Assembly (NCBI GenBank): GCA_963745235.1
Contig: CAVUXE010000028.1
Span: 111,449-175,448, forward strand
Origin: an uncultured Spirochaetota bacterium
GTDB taxonomy: Bacteria > Spirochaetota > Spirochaetia > SZUA-6 > Fen-1364
Reading direction: 5' to 3'
Length of the DNA stretch: 64,000 nucleotides
This document shows, piece after piece, positions 39,961-51,588 of the stretch; positions within the stretch are counted from its first letter, which is position 1; every line of letters starts with the position of its first letter. The translations under genes were made by a program, and so were the position numbers. A model generated the notes under the pieces. It was given only the letters and a program-made list of their open reading frames with translations. It was not told the origin of the DNA and made no database searches.

Positions 39961-39990
39961 GACCCCTGTCCTCGTTGACAGGGGTCTTTT
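39961..39990 (+). terminator. Intrinsic terminator
   Basis: GACCCCTGTC-CTCGTT-GACAGGGGTC-TTTT. Confidence 0.8.
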
Positions 39991-40004
39991 CGGTTCCCGT
40001 ACGA

Positions 40005-41252
40005 TCAGAGTCCGTGCCTGATGGTGTCGTACCCCATGGAGAGTCCGAAGGCAACCACGATCAGCACGAGGCTCCAGGCGATGATCCTGTGGGCACCTCT
40101 CATTCGGTACTTGTCGGGCAGCGCTCTGCGTTCAATAAGAAGGAGAAACCCCAGAACCAGGGGAAGAACAAGGGCATTCAACAACTCGATGTCCAGAGTC
40201 AGACCGGTGAGTGAAATATGAGAAAGGACGAGCCCACCGCCCACCAGGTTTGCCGCGATGAAAGCCGCGTAGAACCCTTTTGCCTCGCCAAAGCGGAGAT
40301 TCAGGCTTTTCTGGACCCCGAGGGCCTCCCCTACTCCCCACGCCCCTGCAAGTGAGACAACAATCGCGGCTATCAGGCCTGCCCCTCCTATCCCAAGACC
40401 AACGAGCACCTTGGCCCCGAACGAGCCGAGGAGCGGCTGCAAGGAATCCACTATATTACCTACTGAGTTCACCTGGAGAGTCGTCCGAGTGTGGGCGCCT
40501 GCTGATGCGGTGGCGACAATCACCGCTATCATGATGACCTGGGTGACGACCGCGCCAAGAAGAGTGTCCATGCGAGCAACTTTCAAGTCCGCTTTTCCAA
40601 GCTTCTTGTCAATGACCGCATCCTGTTGATAGAAAACCATCCAGGGCATGATGACCGCCCCGACGTTGGCGGCGAGAAGAAAGCGATAATCCGCGCTCAA
40701 CAGGGGCTGCGTTTTCATGCTCCGGACCAAAGCGCCCCAGTCGGGATGGCTCAGGAAGGCGGCGGGAATGAACAGCAGCTCGAACAAACCAACGAGGATC
40801 GCCACTCTTTCGACCCGACGATAGCTGCCAGAGACAACCAGACCGACAAGAAAGACAATCGAAAGCGGCACGGTTATCCATCTCGGAATGCCGAAAAGCT
40901 CACCGATGCTTGCGACTCCGACATACTCCGTAGCGAGCGCCCCCAGCGCCGCAAGGAACAGGGTGGAGGATGAAAGATATGCCCACCCCTTGCCAAAGTG
41001 GAGTCGAACGAGCTCGGCATGACCTTTGTGTGTGATGACACCGAGTCGCACCGTGATTTCTTGAATAATGTAGAGAAAGGGAATCAGCAGAACCTGGGGC
41101 AAGACGAGCGTGTATTGCCACAATGCCCCGGATTGAGCGGCGGTAATGATGCTGCCGACATCGCTGTCGGCGAGCATGACAGACAGTCCCGGGCCGATGA
41201 GCAGAAGCCACGTCCCGAATGTTCTGAAACGCGTTCTTGTGATGTCACCCAT
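40005..41252 (-). CDS. NRAMP-related divalent metal transporter
   Basis: IGPGLSVMLADSDVGS, QEITVRLG, ANVGAVIMPWMVFYQQ; ~11 TM segments. Confidence 0.88.
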   Translation of the reverse strand: MGDITRTRFRTFGTWLLLIGPGLSVMLADSDVGSIITAAQSGALWQYTLVLPQVLLIPFLYIIQEITVRLGVITHKGHAELVRLHFGKGWAYLSSSTLFLAALGALATEYVGVASIGELFGIPRWITVPLSIVFLVGLVVSGSYRRVERVAILVGLFELLFIPAAFLSHPDWGALVRSMKTQPLLSADYRFLLAANVGAVIMPWMVFYQQDAVIDKKLGKADLKVARMDTLLGAVVTQVIMIAVIVATASAGAHTRTTLQVNSVGNIVDSLQPLLGSFGAKVLVGLGIGGAGLIAAIVVSLAGAWGVGEALGVQKSLNLRFGEAKGFYAAFIAANLVGGGLVLSHISLTGLTLDIELLNALVLPLVLGFLLLIERRALPDKYRMRGAHRIIAWSLVLIVVAFGLSMGYDTIRHGL

Positions 41253-41391
41253 TTCGCGGCCACGTTGAGGATACAGCTTTTGCGGGTCAGCGCCCAAGGA
41301 ATCCGCTGCTCGTGAGGACCCTGTATAAAAATATTCTTGCCCCTATCCGCGTTTCAAGCCTATCCTCTCGGAGGAAGGAGCAGAGAGTAGC

Positions 41392-41601
41392 ATGAGAATC
41401 AGCGCCCGCAACGTCCTCAAGGGAAAGGTCGTCAAGCTGACAAACGGAGCAGTCAACAGCGAGGTGACAATCGTGTTGCCCGGCGGCTTGCAGATGGTCT
41501 CGATTATCACAAGGTCTTCGGTCAAGAGCCTCGGCTTGAAGAAAGGCAAGGAGGCCTACGCGGTCGTAAAGGCGAGCAGCGTCATGATCGCAGTAGACTG
41601 A
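41392..41601 (+). CDS. TOBE/Mop molybdate-binding protein (molbindin)
   Basis: MRISARNVLKGKV, SIITRSSVKSLGL, AVVKASSVM. Confidence 0.93.
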   Translation: MRISARNVLKGKVVKLTNGAVNSEVTIVLPGGLQMVSIITRSSVKSLGLKKGKEAYAVVKASSVMIAVD

Positions 41602-41678
41602 TTCTGCGCCGGGGAAGACTCCGGCGCTCATCCCTCGGGGAAACGCATGCCTTCAGCGCGGAAGGAGGAGTAGATTCG

Positions 41679-43207
41679 ATGTGGTCGGGAATTGCGGTCA
41701 GTTCAGAGATTGAATCAAGCGCCGGAGCCTTGCAGGCTGTCGTGAGGAAGGAAAAGCGCGACGGCGGAGTGACGGCGTACTCCGTGCATGTCTCCGGCAA
41801 GGGCCGCGTCAGAAGCGTAATCCTGAGAATCACGGGCACAGACGCGTTCGAAGAAGTCTTTCTCACTGCGCCCAACTTCAACGACGTGAGGCTCGCTCAT
41901 CCTCAACAGGGATGTTATCAGGGGCTCGGATTTGAGCACAGAGATGGGTTATTCGGACCCCAGTGGATGTTCACACCTCCGCCGATGGTTTTCCCGGTAC
42001 GAAAAGGAGACGCGTGGTATGGCTTCGGGCTTGGAGCGCCCCCGGGCTGAACCAGTACTCCGGGTGGTCCTACTGTCCTGGGCAAGATCAAGTGTTTTCC
42101 CTCCGAGTCAGCTATGAGGGCTACTTCGACCCGCCGAACGCACAGATCTTCTCGGTGCTTTTCTTCGGCAAAGGGCGAAAAAAACCGTCGGAGGTCGTCA
42201 TAGACTACGCGGAAGCGCTTCGGGGGCTGGGCTGGGCAGCGCGACCGGCGCGGCATCCCCCCGACTGGTGGAGTGACACCTTCCTCTTTCCATGGGGAGA
42301 ACAGTGCAACCTGGCCAAGGCAAAAAGCGCCAAGCCGTATTTTACCGGAGATGCTGTCACAATGTACGAAACCCAGGCAAATCAGGAGAGGTGGTTCAGG
42401 CGCCTGAAGAATCGGGGGGTGCCTGTCGGCATCTCGTGTACCTCCGACAAGTGGCAACTCGAACGCCAGCGCCTGGTTCCTGACCCCGGGAAATACCCCG
42501 ACCTGCGTGGATTTGCCGACTCTCACCATGCGGAAGGACGCCACGTGATGGCGTGGTGGGGGCTGTGGCGTCACGACGCAGCGGACTCCGAGTGGTGCCT
42601 GAGGGATGCAAGCGGCGCGGGCCTTTGCCTGGACCCGGAAAGCGAAGGCTACGCGATGCAAATCCGCAACGGCGTCGAAGAGATGATCAGCCCCCGCGGT
42701 TATGATTTCGACGGCTTCTTCATCGATTTCACCGCCGAGCTCGTTATCCAGGAAGGTCTTCGCAAGTCCGGCTCCCGATGGGGGGTGGAGCTCCTGCACC
42801 ACTACCTGTCGCTGATCCATGACGCCGCGAAGAACGCCAAAAAGGACGCCTTGATCATGACGCACTGCGCCCATCCCTACTTCGCTGACGTAACAGACGT
42901 TTTTCGCCTCAACGATTGGTCTGTCAAAAGACCGGATCTTGTAGAGCAAGGGCGTTACCGACATTCAATTGCGTCCGCGTGCTCGGACTGGCTCATCAAT
43001 ACGGACAACTGGTTCATGTACGATATCAACCAGTGGCGGGAGTACCTTCGCGTGGCACCAGAGCTCGGCATACCGGCAACGTGGTACACAACCGGTATCT
43101 GGGGGGACGGACCGAACGCCCGCTATGAAGAGCTCACGGACAGGGACTACGTCGAATGGGCATCCATCTGGTCCTGGTATCGCAAGTCGAAAGGGCTCGC
43201 GAAGTAG
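41679..43207 (+). CDS. Glycoside hydrolase, clan GH-D-like (GH36/GH31 fold), frameshift ~42045
   Basis: PWGEQ, SDKWQ, KYPDLRGFAD..H.EG, LDP, FDGFFIDF, RLND; GAPPG/LNQYSGW joined across a one-base loss. Confidence 0.65.
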
Positions 43208-43531
43208 CCTCCTAGCGTATCCACGAAGCGACGTTACGCCATGGGTTAGACGAAAAATAGCTTGACCTGCCCTTGCTGAAGACTTAAATTCATTTCACAC
43301 AAAATGTTTACATGTCTACGGGGGGGCGAACGTAAAGTCTTCGAAAGTCTGGTCGAGCATTCACGCTTAGGGGAGGTTGCGCGTGATCTCGAGAGCTTCA
43401 CAACTGCTTGCGCCCCGTCGGATCCGGACCAACCTCTTTCTTCAAGCCGTCACAGCCGACCTCAAACCATATTTACGAACGTTCAAGCGCTGGTCGTGTT
43501 GCCATGAGCCTGGACAACTCGTTGAGATGAA

Positions 43532-45771
43532 TTGAAGGATTCGAAGCCTCTGTTCGCCCAACATATCAGCGCATATGGAATAGCCGTGGCTGCGGTGGCG
43601 GCAGCATTTGCGGTTCGACATGCTCTGTCCCTGCTCGTCGGGCATGGGCTGCCGCCCTTCATCACCTTCTATCCTGCTGTCATGCTTATCGGGCTTCTGG
43701 CGGGGATGGGGCCCGGGTTGCTTGCGAGCACCGGTGCAGCCCTGGTGACGGTCTTCTGGATCTTCCCCGCCGAGGGCCACGTCCGAAACACGCTGGCCGC
43801 TGATGCGCTGGGGTTGGCTCTCTTCTCCTCCATGGGAGTTTTCATGAGCGTCGTTGCCGAGCTCTACCGGAGAGCGAGGCAGCGGGCAGAAGACTACCGG
43901 CAAGAGATGTCCCTGCGTGAGAGCGAGGCGAGATTCTCTACCGTGTTTCAGTCCAGTCCGGTCGGCATGAGCATCACGGGCGTGGCCGATGGGCGGTACC
44001 GTGACGTCAATGAGGCTTTCGCAAGCCTGTTCGGCTACACGAGGAAAGAAGCAGTTGGCCGCACGTCGCTGGAGCTGAACCTGTGGGTTTCGACGAAGGA
44101 CCGAGACAGTCTTCTCCGCGCGCTGCGAGAGCACGGCAGCGCGCGGAATTTCGAGGGGCGTTACCGCAGGAAATCCGGAGAAACTTTGACTGCCCTCGTC
44201 ACGGCGGAAACAATAGAGATACCGGTGAGCGCTGCTACTGGACGATCTTCCAGGACATCACCGAGTGGAAACGCGCGGAGGAGAAGTTCCGGCTCGTGGT
44301 GGAAACGGTCCAGACCGGGATGATCATGGTGAATGGTGAAGGAGAGATCCTTCTTGTGAATGCGCAGGTGGAACGGCTCTTCGGTTACAGTCGTTCAGAG
44401 CTGCTTGGCCTCCCCATCGAGGTTTTTATTCCCGAGCGTTTCCGCTCGAGCCACCCCGGGCATCGAGCCGGGTTTTTCGCCCAGCCGCAGGCTCGCTCCA
44501 TGGGGGCGGGCCGGGACCTGCACGGGCTGCGCAAGGACGGGAGCGAGTTCCCCGTGGAGATCGGACTGAGTCCCTTGGAGACCGCGGAGGGCATCCGGGT
44601 GATGGCCTCCGTCATCGACATTACAGAGCGCAAACGCGTTGAGACCGTCCTGCGGGAAAGCGAAGAGCGCTTTCGCGGGACTCTGGAGAACATGCTGGAA
44701 GGCTGCCAGATAATCGGTTTCGACTGGCGATACATCTATATCAACCCGGCGGCGGAGGCGCACAACCGTCGACCGAAGGAGGAGCTCCTGGGGAGCCGGT
44801 ACATGGACATGTGGCCCGACATCGAGGCGACAGGGGTGTTCGCGGTCATTCGACGCTGCATGGAAGAGCGCGTTCCCCAGGCCATGGAAAACGAGTTCAC
44901 CTTTCCCGATGGGACCGAGGGCTGGTTCGACCTGCGGATGTCTCCCGTGCCGGAGGGGGTCGTCATACTCTCCTATGAAATAAGCGAGCGCAAGCGGTCG
45001 GAGAAGGAGATTCGCACTCTGAACGCTGAGCTTGAGCGTCGCGTGCAGGAACGCACGGCGGAGCTGGAAGCGGCAAACAAGGAGCTGGAGGCGTTCGCGT
45101 ACGCGGTCTCGCATGACCTTCGCGCCCCGCTGCGCGCGCTCAGCGGTTTCAGCCACGCGCTCCAGGAGGATTATGCGGCGGCACTGACGGGGGAAGCCGG
45201 CGAATACCTGGACCAGATCTCCCAGGCCAGCGTGAACATGGGAGAGCTGATTGACGGAATCCTGAGGCTCTCCCGCTGCACCCGCGGCGAGATGCAGCGC
45301 CAGGACGTTGATCTTTCGGCCCTGGCAGAGGGGATCATGAAAGACCTTGCCAGGGCGGAGCCCGGACGCCGCGTGGTCTGGGCAGTCGAGCCGGGCCTGA
45401 CCGCCCGCTGTGACGCCAAGTTGATGGAGGTAGCCCTGGGCAACCTTCTTGCGAACGCCTGGAAGTATACGGCGCTCACATCCCAGCCGACCATCCGGTT
45501 CAGCAGCGAAACACTCGATGGAGAAACCTGGTTCTGCGTGACTGACAACGGCGCAGGGTTCGACATGAAGCACGCCGCCAGGTTGTTCCAAGCCTTTCAG
45601 CGTCTTCATCGCCAGGATGAGTTTCCTGGAATCGGCATCGGGCTCGCAACGGTTCAGCGCATCATCCGTCGGCATGGAGGCGCCATCCGCGCCGCAGCCG
45701 AGCCGGGAAAAGGGGCCGCCTTCAGCTTCAGCCTGTCCCCCGCCGATGCTCCGAACACGGAGGAATCATGA
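43532..45771 (+). CDS. Multi-PAS sensor histidine kinase with N-terminal membrane (DUF4118-like) domain, frameshift ~44220
   Basis: PFITFYPAV...GPGLLA; three PAS domains; [31 protein letters not shown]. Confidence 0.88.
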
Positions 45772-46199
45772 CGCCCAGGATGATCCTGCTGGTGGAGGAC
45801 AATCACCAGGATGAAATGCTGACGCTGCGCGCCCTGAAGAAGATCAACCTGGCCAACCGTGTCGACGTGGTTCGGGATGGCCAGCAGGCCCTGGACTACC
45901 TGTTTCGAGAGGGTGAGTTCGCCGGCCGCGAAGGTTCGGACTTGCCGACGGTTGTTCTCCTGGACATCAATCTCCCCCGCGTAAGCGGGCTTGACGTGCT
46001 GGAGCGCGTGCGCGCGGACCCGCGGACACGGTTGCTGCCCATAGTTCTCCTCACCTCGTCAGACGAGGAACGTGATCGGCTGCGCGGCTACGACAAAGGC
46101 GCCAATAGCTTTGTACGGAAGCCCATGGACTTTTCCGAGTTTGCGGAAACAGTGTCCCGTCTGGGCATCTACTGGCTCGCGGTAAACGACCCACCGTAG
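45768..46199 (+). CDS. Single-domain response regulator (Rcp1-like)
   Basis: [26 protein letters not shown]. Confidence 0.93.
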   Translation: MTPRMILLVEDNHQDEMLTLRALKKINLANRVDVVRDGQQALDYLFREGEFAGREGSDLPTVVLLDINLPRVSGLDVLERVRADPRTRLLPIVLLTSSDEERDRLRGYDKGANSFVRKPMDFSEFAETVSRLGIYWLAVNDPP

Positions 46200-46209
46200 G
46201 AACAGTACG

Positions 46210-48492
46210 ATGGCAGACACACCAATCAGAATCCTGGTAATCGAAGACAGCAGGGCCGACTTTCTGCTGATAGAGCGTTTCCTCAAGAAGCAGCTCCCGC
46301 CTTTCCTCTCGCGGCACGTTGCGAGGGATGCCGAGCTGGAGACCGCCCTGGCTGAGGAACCGTGGGACATTGTCCTGTCAGATTACTCCATCCCCGGAAT
46401 GGACTTTCGCAGGAACCTGGACCTCATCCATAACCGCACCCCCGGTCTTCCTATCATCCTGGTGTCAGGAAGCCTGGGAGAAGAGCAGGCTGTCTCCCTC
46501 GTCAAACAGGGAGTCTGGGACTTCGTTCTCAAGGACAATCTGGCGCGTCTGGCGCCCGCGATCAAACGCGGACTCCAGGAGGCGGCGGAGCATCGCGCGC
46601 GATCGGAAGCGGAGGTTGCTTTGCGCACGCTGGTCAACGCCATTCCAGAGTCGGCTCTCCTCATCGACGCGGAGGGAATCATCCTTGCGGCGAACGAGAC
46701 AATTGCGCGGAGGCTTGGGAAGATACCGCGGCAGCTTGTCGGCGCCCGAATCTATGACCTCCTCCCGGTCGATGTGGCCGAAATCAGGAAGAAGCATGTC
46801 GCGGAGAGCGTCCGCACGGGCGAGCCTCTTCGTTTCGAGGATGCCCGCTTCGGCAGGAACATCGACAATTACGTGCACCCCATCAAGGATGAGCAGGGAC
46901 GGGTGAAGCGGCTTGCCATGCTCGGCGTGGATGTGACGGAGCGCAAGGAAACAGAGGAGAAGCTGAGACAGCAAGCCGCCCTTCTGGATGTCACTGCGGA
47001 CGCGATAGTCGTGAAGGACCTGGAGAATCACGTTCTCTATTGGAACAAGAGCGCTGAAAGAATCTACGGCTGGCGCGCTGACGAGACCCAGGGGAGAAGC
47101 ACATTCGAATTCCTGTATTCTGAATCGGACCTCCCCGATGCAACGCGAGCCCGAAGGGAAACGCTGGAAAAAGGAGAATGGCGCGGCGATCTCCGCCAGC
47201 GCGCGAAGGACGGCAAGGATCTCGTGGTCGAAGGACATTGGACCCTCATGCGAGACGAGCAGGGAGAACCGAAAGGGATCCTTTCGGTCAACAGCGACGT
47301 CACGGCTCGGCGTTCCGTCGAAGCGCAGCTCCTGAGATCGCAGCGGCTGGAAAGCCTGGGGACCCTGGCCGGAGGAATCGCCCATGACCTGAACAACGTC
47401 CTCTCACCCATCCTCATGGGGGTGGAAGGGCTTTCCTTCCATAACCCTGACGATTCCACGCGAAACATCCTCACGATCATCAAGACGAGCGCTCAACGGG
47501 GCGCGAATATCGTTCGACAAATTCTCAATTTCGCGCGCGGCATGGAAGGAAACTACGGAGAGCTGCAGCTGAAGCACGTTCTGCGGGAAATCGAAGATAT
47601 TATCCGGGAAACCTTTCCCCGATCGGTCGCGCTGAAAATGGAAATCCCCCTGGACCTCTGGCCGGTCGTCGGGGACGCCACCCAGTTGCACCAGGTCCTG
47701 ATGAACCTGGCCGTCAATGCCCGGGATGCAATGCCGAATGGCGGGTGGCTTACCATTTCCGCGGAAAATGTTCAGCTTGACGAGGCCTACGCACAAATGA
47801 ACATCGAGGCCAGGCCGATCCGCTACGTCGTGCTGATGGTCGAAGACACGGGTACGGGGATACCCGCGGGAGTTCTGGAGAGAATCTTCGATCCGTTCTT
47901 TACGACGAAAGAGCCGGGAAAAGGGACCGGCCTGGGTCTTTCAACCGTCCGTTCCATCGCGAGGAGTCACGGTGGGTTCATCAACGCTTACAGCGAGCCC
48001 GGCAAGGGTGCCGCATTCAAGGTCTACGTTCCGGCAGCCGAGCAGGGATTGACTGAGCACGCTGAGGGCCCCGAGGAGGGAATCCCGATGGGAAAGGGGG
48101 AGCTCATCCTGGTGGTCGAAGACGAGATTTCCCTGCGTGACATCACTCGCCAGATCCTCGAGTCCTACGGGTATCGGGTCATGACGGCAAGCGACGGGAC
48201 CGATGCCCTTGCCCAGTACATCGCCAGGAAGGGCGAGATACGGCTCGTCATAACGGACATGATGATGCCCTACATGGATGGCGCGGCAACCATCCGGGCC
48301 ATCCGGAGGGTGGATTCCGAGGCGCTCATCATTGCAACAAGCGGTCTGATGGTCGGCGAGTACGCACAGGAGGCAAAGGGTCTCGGAGTGCAGGCGTTCC
48401 TGGCAAAGCCGTACACGGCCGAGACGCTTCTGCAGACCCTGCGGGACGTGCTGGAGGCTCGATCCAGAACTGAGGGCGGGACGCTTTCATGA
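46210..48492 (+). CDS. Hybrid histidine kinase REC-PAS-PAS-HisKA-HATPase-REC
   Basis: [32 protein letters not shown], terminal ITDMMMP. Confidence 0.94.
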   Translation: MADTPIRILVIEDSRADFLLIERFLKKQLPPFLSRHVARDAELETALAEEPWDIVLSDYSIPGMDFRRNLDLIHNRTPGLPIILVSGSLGEEQAVSLVKQGVWDFVLKDNLARLAPAIKRGLQEAAEHRARSEAEVALRTLVNAIPESALLIDAEGIILAANETIARRLGKIPRQLVGARIYDLLPVDVAEIRKKHVAESVRTGEPLRFEDARFGRNIDNYVHPIKDEQGRVKRLAMLGVDVTERKETEEKLRQQAALLDVTADAIVVKDLENHVLYWNKSAERIYGWRADETQGRSTFEFLYSESDLPDATRARRETLEKGEWRGDLRQRAKDGKDLVVEGHWTLMRDEQGEPKGILSVNSDVTARRSVEAQLLRSQRLESLGTLAGGIAHDLNNVLSPILMGVEGLSFHNPDDSTRNILTIIKTSAQRGANIVRQILNFARGMEGNYGELQLKHVLREIEDIIRETFPRSVALKMEIPLDLWPVVGDATQLHQVLMNLAVNARDAMPNGGWLTISAENVQLDEAYAQMNIEARPIRYVVLMVEDTGTGIPAGVLERIFDPFFTTKEPGKGTGLGLSTVRSIARSHGGFINAYSEPGKGAAFKVYVPAAEQGLTEHAEGPEEGIPMGKGELILVVEDEISLRDITRQILESYGYRVMTASDGTDALAQYIARKGEIRLVITDMMMPYMDGAATIRAIRRVDSEALIIATSGLMVGEYAQEAKGLGVQAFLAKPYTAETLLQTLRDVLEARSRTEGGTLS

Positions 48493-49541
48493 AAGACGGC
48501 AAGGCGATGGTCCTTATCGTTGACGATGATACGACGAGCAGGCAGATAGCGCGCGTCCTGCTTCAGACACAGGGCTACGACACCCTCGAAGCGGAGAGCG
48601 GCGAAGCGGCGCTCGAGCTGACACGGGTCGCCCTGCCTGACCTGGTTATTCTCGATGTCGAGATGCAGGGGATCAACGGCTTCGATGTCGTGAATCACCT
48701 GAAGACCGAGGATCGGACAAGATCCATTCCCGTCATCATGGTCACCGGACTCGGCGACCGGGCGTCCCGCATGCGTGCCCTCGAGGCCGGAGCGGAGGAC
48801 TACCTGATAAAGCCGGTCGACGCCGCGGAGTTGAGGACGCGTGTCCGCAACCACCTCCGCCTGAAGGAGTACGGGGATCTGCTCGCTGATCTGAACCGCG
48901 TCCTTGAAACGCGGGTCAAGGAGAAAACCGCGCAGCTCCAGGACAGTCACCGCCAGACCATCTACCTGCTGACAAGCGCGGCCGAGTATCGGGATGAAGC
49001 AACGGGCGCCCATGTCAAGCGAATCAGTCACTTCGCCTCGGCGTTGGCTCGGGCCATGGGAATGGAAGAGGAGTTCGTGGACACCATTTTCTATGCCAGC
49101 CCGATGCATGACATCGGCAAGATCGCGATTCCAGACAGCATCCTCTTGAAGCCAGGCCCCCTCTCGCCATCCGAATGGGAAGTCATGAAGACACACACCA
49201 CGCTCGGCAAAGACATGCTGCGAGGCGGTACGTCGCCCTATATCGAGATGGGCGCGTTGATCGCCCAGACTCACCATGAGTGCTGGGACGGCACCGGATA
49301 CCCGGCAGGGCTGCGGGAAGAGGAAATCCCCGCGCCGGGACGGATCATGCTGCTGTGCGACCAGTACGACGCGCTTCGCAGCAGGCGCCCGTACAAACCG
49401 GCGATTGGTCACGAAGAGGTGGTGAGGATCATTCTGCAAGGGGACGGTCGGACAAAACCGTCTCAGTTCTGCCCGCGCGTCCGGGAAGCGTTCCGAGCCC
49501 ACAGCAACGAGTTCGAGGCTATCTACTCTCAGAGCCAGTAA
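48489..49541 (+). CDS. REC-HD-GYP cyclic-dinucleotide phosphodiesterase (RpfG type)
   Basis: REC plus ETG-like EATGAHVKR, MHDIGKI, HHECWDGTGYP, RPYK. Confidence 0.93.
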   Translation: MKDGKAMVLIVDDDTTSRQIARVLLQTQGYDTLEAESGEAALELTRVALPDLVILDVEMQGINGFDVVNHLKTEDRTRSIPVIMVTGLGDRASRMRALEAGAEDYLIKPVDAAELRTRVRNHLRLKEYGDLLADLNRVLETRVKEKTAQLQDSHRQTIYLLTSAAEYRDEATGAHVKRISHFASALARAMGMEEEFVDTIFYASPMHDIGKIAIPDSILLKPGPLSPSEWEVMKTHTTLGKDMLRGGTSPYIEMGALIAQTHHECWDGTGYPAGLREEEIPAPGRIMLLCDQYDALRSRRPYKPAIGHEEVVRIILQGDGRTKPSQFCPRVREAFRAHSNEFEAIYSQSQ

Positions 49542-49670
49542 GGTCATTCAGGCCCCCGGGCACCGATAGGAAAAAGTCCCACGCGTTTGAGCCTTTTGCC
49601 GATTGACCCAGGTATCCGGTGACGTTGGAATAGTGCAACAATCTTGGACCGCCTGGGAAGGATCGCCGGT

Positions 49671-49862
49671 ATGGATGCAAGGCTGATCAGCGCAGAGAAG
49701 CTGCTATCGACCAGAAGAAAGGCCGTATGCTCGGATTGCGGCGAGGACGCCGTCCATTCACCCAAGGATTCGATGTGGGTAATCTATCAGGAGATTCTGG
49801 TCTACTGTCCACAATGCGCGGTCAACGAAGGTCTTTCGATGCAACAAAGAGGGATTTCATGA
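49671..49862 (+). CDS. Small putative zinc-finger protein (63 aa)
   Basis: CSDC and CPQC pairs; modest RBS. Confidence 0.5.
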   Translation: MDARLISAEKLLSTRRKAVCSDCGEDAVHSPKDSMWVIYQEILVYCPQCAVNEGLSMQQRGIS

Positions 49863-50088
49863 GACAACCGCGCTGCGGCCCGTTATGGATTCAGCGCTTG
49901 AGCGACATGCGCTCGGACCTTTGCGAGAGGAGGCGGTTAAAGCTTGCCGAACCGCCGTTGGGATCCACGCCTCTCAGGGCGGCAATGTGAACGCACTGCA
50001 AAGCGCAGGGTGCCCTGTAGTCGGCCCTGGCCGAGTCGTAGGCGCAGCAGGATTGACGCGTTGTTCTGGAGATTTTTCAGTTTTTTCA

Positions 50089-50117
50089 TTGACGGCACGC
50101 CGGTAGCGGGATATCAT
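50089..50117 (+). promoter_or_regulatory. Sigma-70 promoter
   Basis: TTGACG-N17-TATCAT about 130 nt upstream of the beta-barrel gene. Confidence 0.55.
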
Positions 50118-50245
50118 GTTGGCTGAGCTGAGGATTGCCCTGAAGTCCATGTAAAAACCGACGCTTCTCAAGCGCTGTGCTTCGCTGACCTTCAGGCTCT
50201 CGGTCACATTTCGGTCAAAGGCTTTCTCAAAAGGAGGAAAAGATC

Positions 50246-50832
50246 ATGAGAAAGATCTGTTTCACCGCAGTCGTTGTGCTCTTGCTGGGCTGCCTTGTCA
50301 GCATGTCGAGCTTTGCTGATGGCAACATGCCGAGGGTCCGGGCGGCGGGTCAGTTCGGAGGCAACCAGTCGTTCACGGCTGTGACAACCGCAAACTTCGC
50401 AGTGAGCACAGGCTTTTCAATGGGGGCGGAGGGCCTTATTGGAATCACTCGCAATTTCCAGCTCGGCGCCGGGCTGGAATACCAGCTTGGGCGCACCATA
50501 ACCGCTTCAGGCGTCACCGGCACCTTCGAGTTCCTGCCAATCTATGGAGTGGTGCGAGTTCCCTTCGATATTGGATCAGTCCAGCCGTACCTCGTGGGCC
50601 GTATTGGGTATGGATTGTGGTCTGGGGATGCTGCTTACGCCGGAGGCATATCGCTCAATGGGGGCTTTTCTACGCGGGCGGAGGTGGAGTTGATTTCCGT
50701 TTCGGAAATCTGGCCATCTTCGGAGAAGCCGCTTACTCGGTCAACAACGGTTCATACACTTCCCTCGGGGTAAATGTAGACACCTCGTATACGCGGCTGG
50801 ATATCTCGGCGGGATTGTCAATCTCCCTCTAG
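50246..50832 (+). CDS. Small outer-membrane beta-barrel protein (OmpW/OmpA-like), frameshift ~50668
   Basis: AAGGAGG RBS, signal peptide, amphipathic strands (QPYLVGRIGY, FYAGGGGVDF), ends ISAGLSISL. Confidence 0.78.
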
Positions 50833-50853
50833 ACCCGGTTTTGGCCGGTCACG

Positions 50854-51516
50854 CTACGTGACCGGCCTGCCCACGTCATTATCAGGGCCCGCTTTTCGTG
50901 TGATCACTCGGGGGAAAGCTTTGCGCCGGGCGGGCCAACCAAACTTCCGGGATAGATGGCGAATCGCCGCGAATGCCACGAATACCGCGATGCCCTTGTC
51001 TACCAGATTTGCCGGGATCCGTGCGAGAAAAGCCGCCGAAAAGATGGTTCTTCCGGTGGCCAACAGGCCGATGGCTACATAGTCAACGGCGGCCGTTCCG
51101 GTGATTCCTCCATAGAGAAAAGTTGCAACCAGGGCGCCCAGCAGGGAATTGGACGTGGTCACAAGCAGAACTGCAATGAGTGCATGCGTTCCCGATCGAA
51201 AAAGCCCTTTGCCCGTCATGACTCCGACGATCAAGCCGGTGGACATGTTGCATATCGCAAAGGGTAATATCGTCATGGGAAAACCAAAGACGAGCTCGCA
51301 TGCCAGGTTCGTCCAAAAGCCTGCGATAAGACCAGGCAGCCACCCGAAGAGGGCTCCCATGCAGGCAGTAAAAATGGAGTCGAAAAACAGGGGCAAAAAA
51401 ACCCGGGTATTCACCACCACAAGCAGCGTGTTCAGGGCACCCGCAACAACAATCGAGGCTGCAACCAGCCAGAGAGGACGGGTCTGCGCATGCGATGACA
51501 GAAATGAACCTTTCAC
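50854..51516 (-). CDS. ECF transporter S-component-like membrane protein
   Basis: LPLFFDSIFT...ALFGWLPGLIAGFWTN, FLYGGITG, ANLVDK; ~6 TM. Start inferred (GTG 51516). Confidence 0.65.
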   Translation of the reverse strand: MKGSFLSSHAQTRPLWLVAASIVVAGALNTLLVVVNTRVFLPLFFDSIFTACMGALFGWLPGLIAGFWTNLACELVFGFPMTILPFAICNMSTGLIVGVMTGKGLFRSGTHALIAVLLVTTSNSLLGALVATFLYGGITGTAAVDYVAIGLLATGRTIFSAAFLARIPANLVDKGIAVFVAFAAIRHLSRKFGWPARRKAFPRVITRKAGPDNDVGRPVT

Positions 51517-51588
51517 GTCGTGCAGAGTGTACAATACCGGATAAGAAAAGCAACATTTCACGATTCGTGATATGCTCAGCTGACGCTC

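Noticed and set aside
43318-43445. GGGGGCGAACG...TTCGA resembling a tmRNA or tRNA 5' end
   Set aside because: No matching acceptor stem, T-arm/CCA end or tag ORF seen; an Rfam scan would settle it.
50118-50245. Long leader of the beta-barrel gene as a riboswitch
   Set aside because: No recognisable aptamer consensus or terminator.
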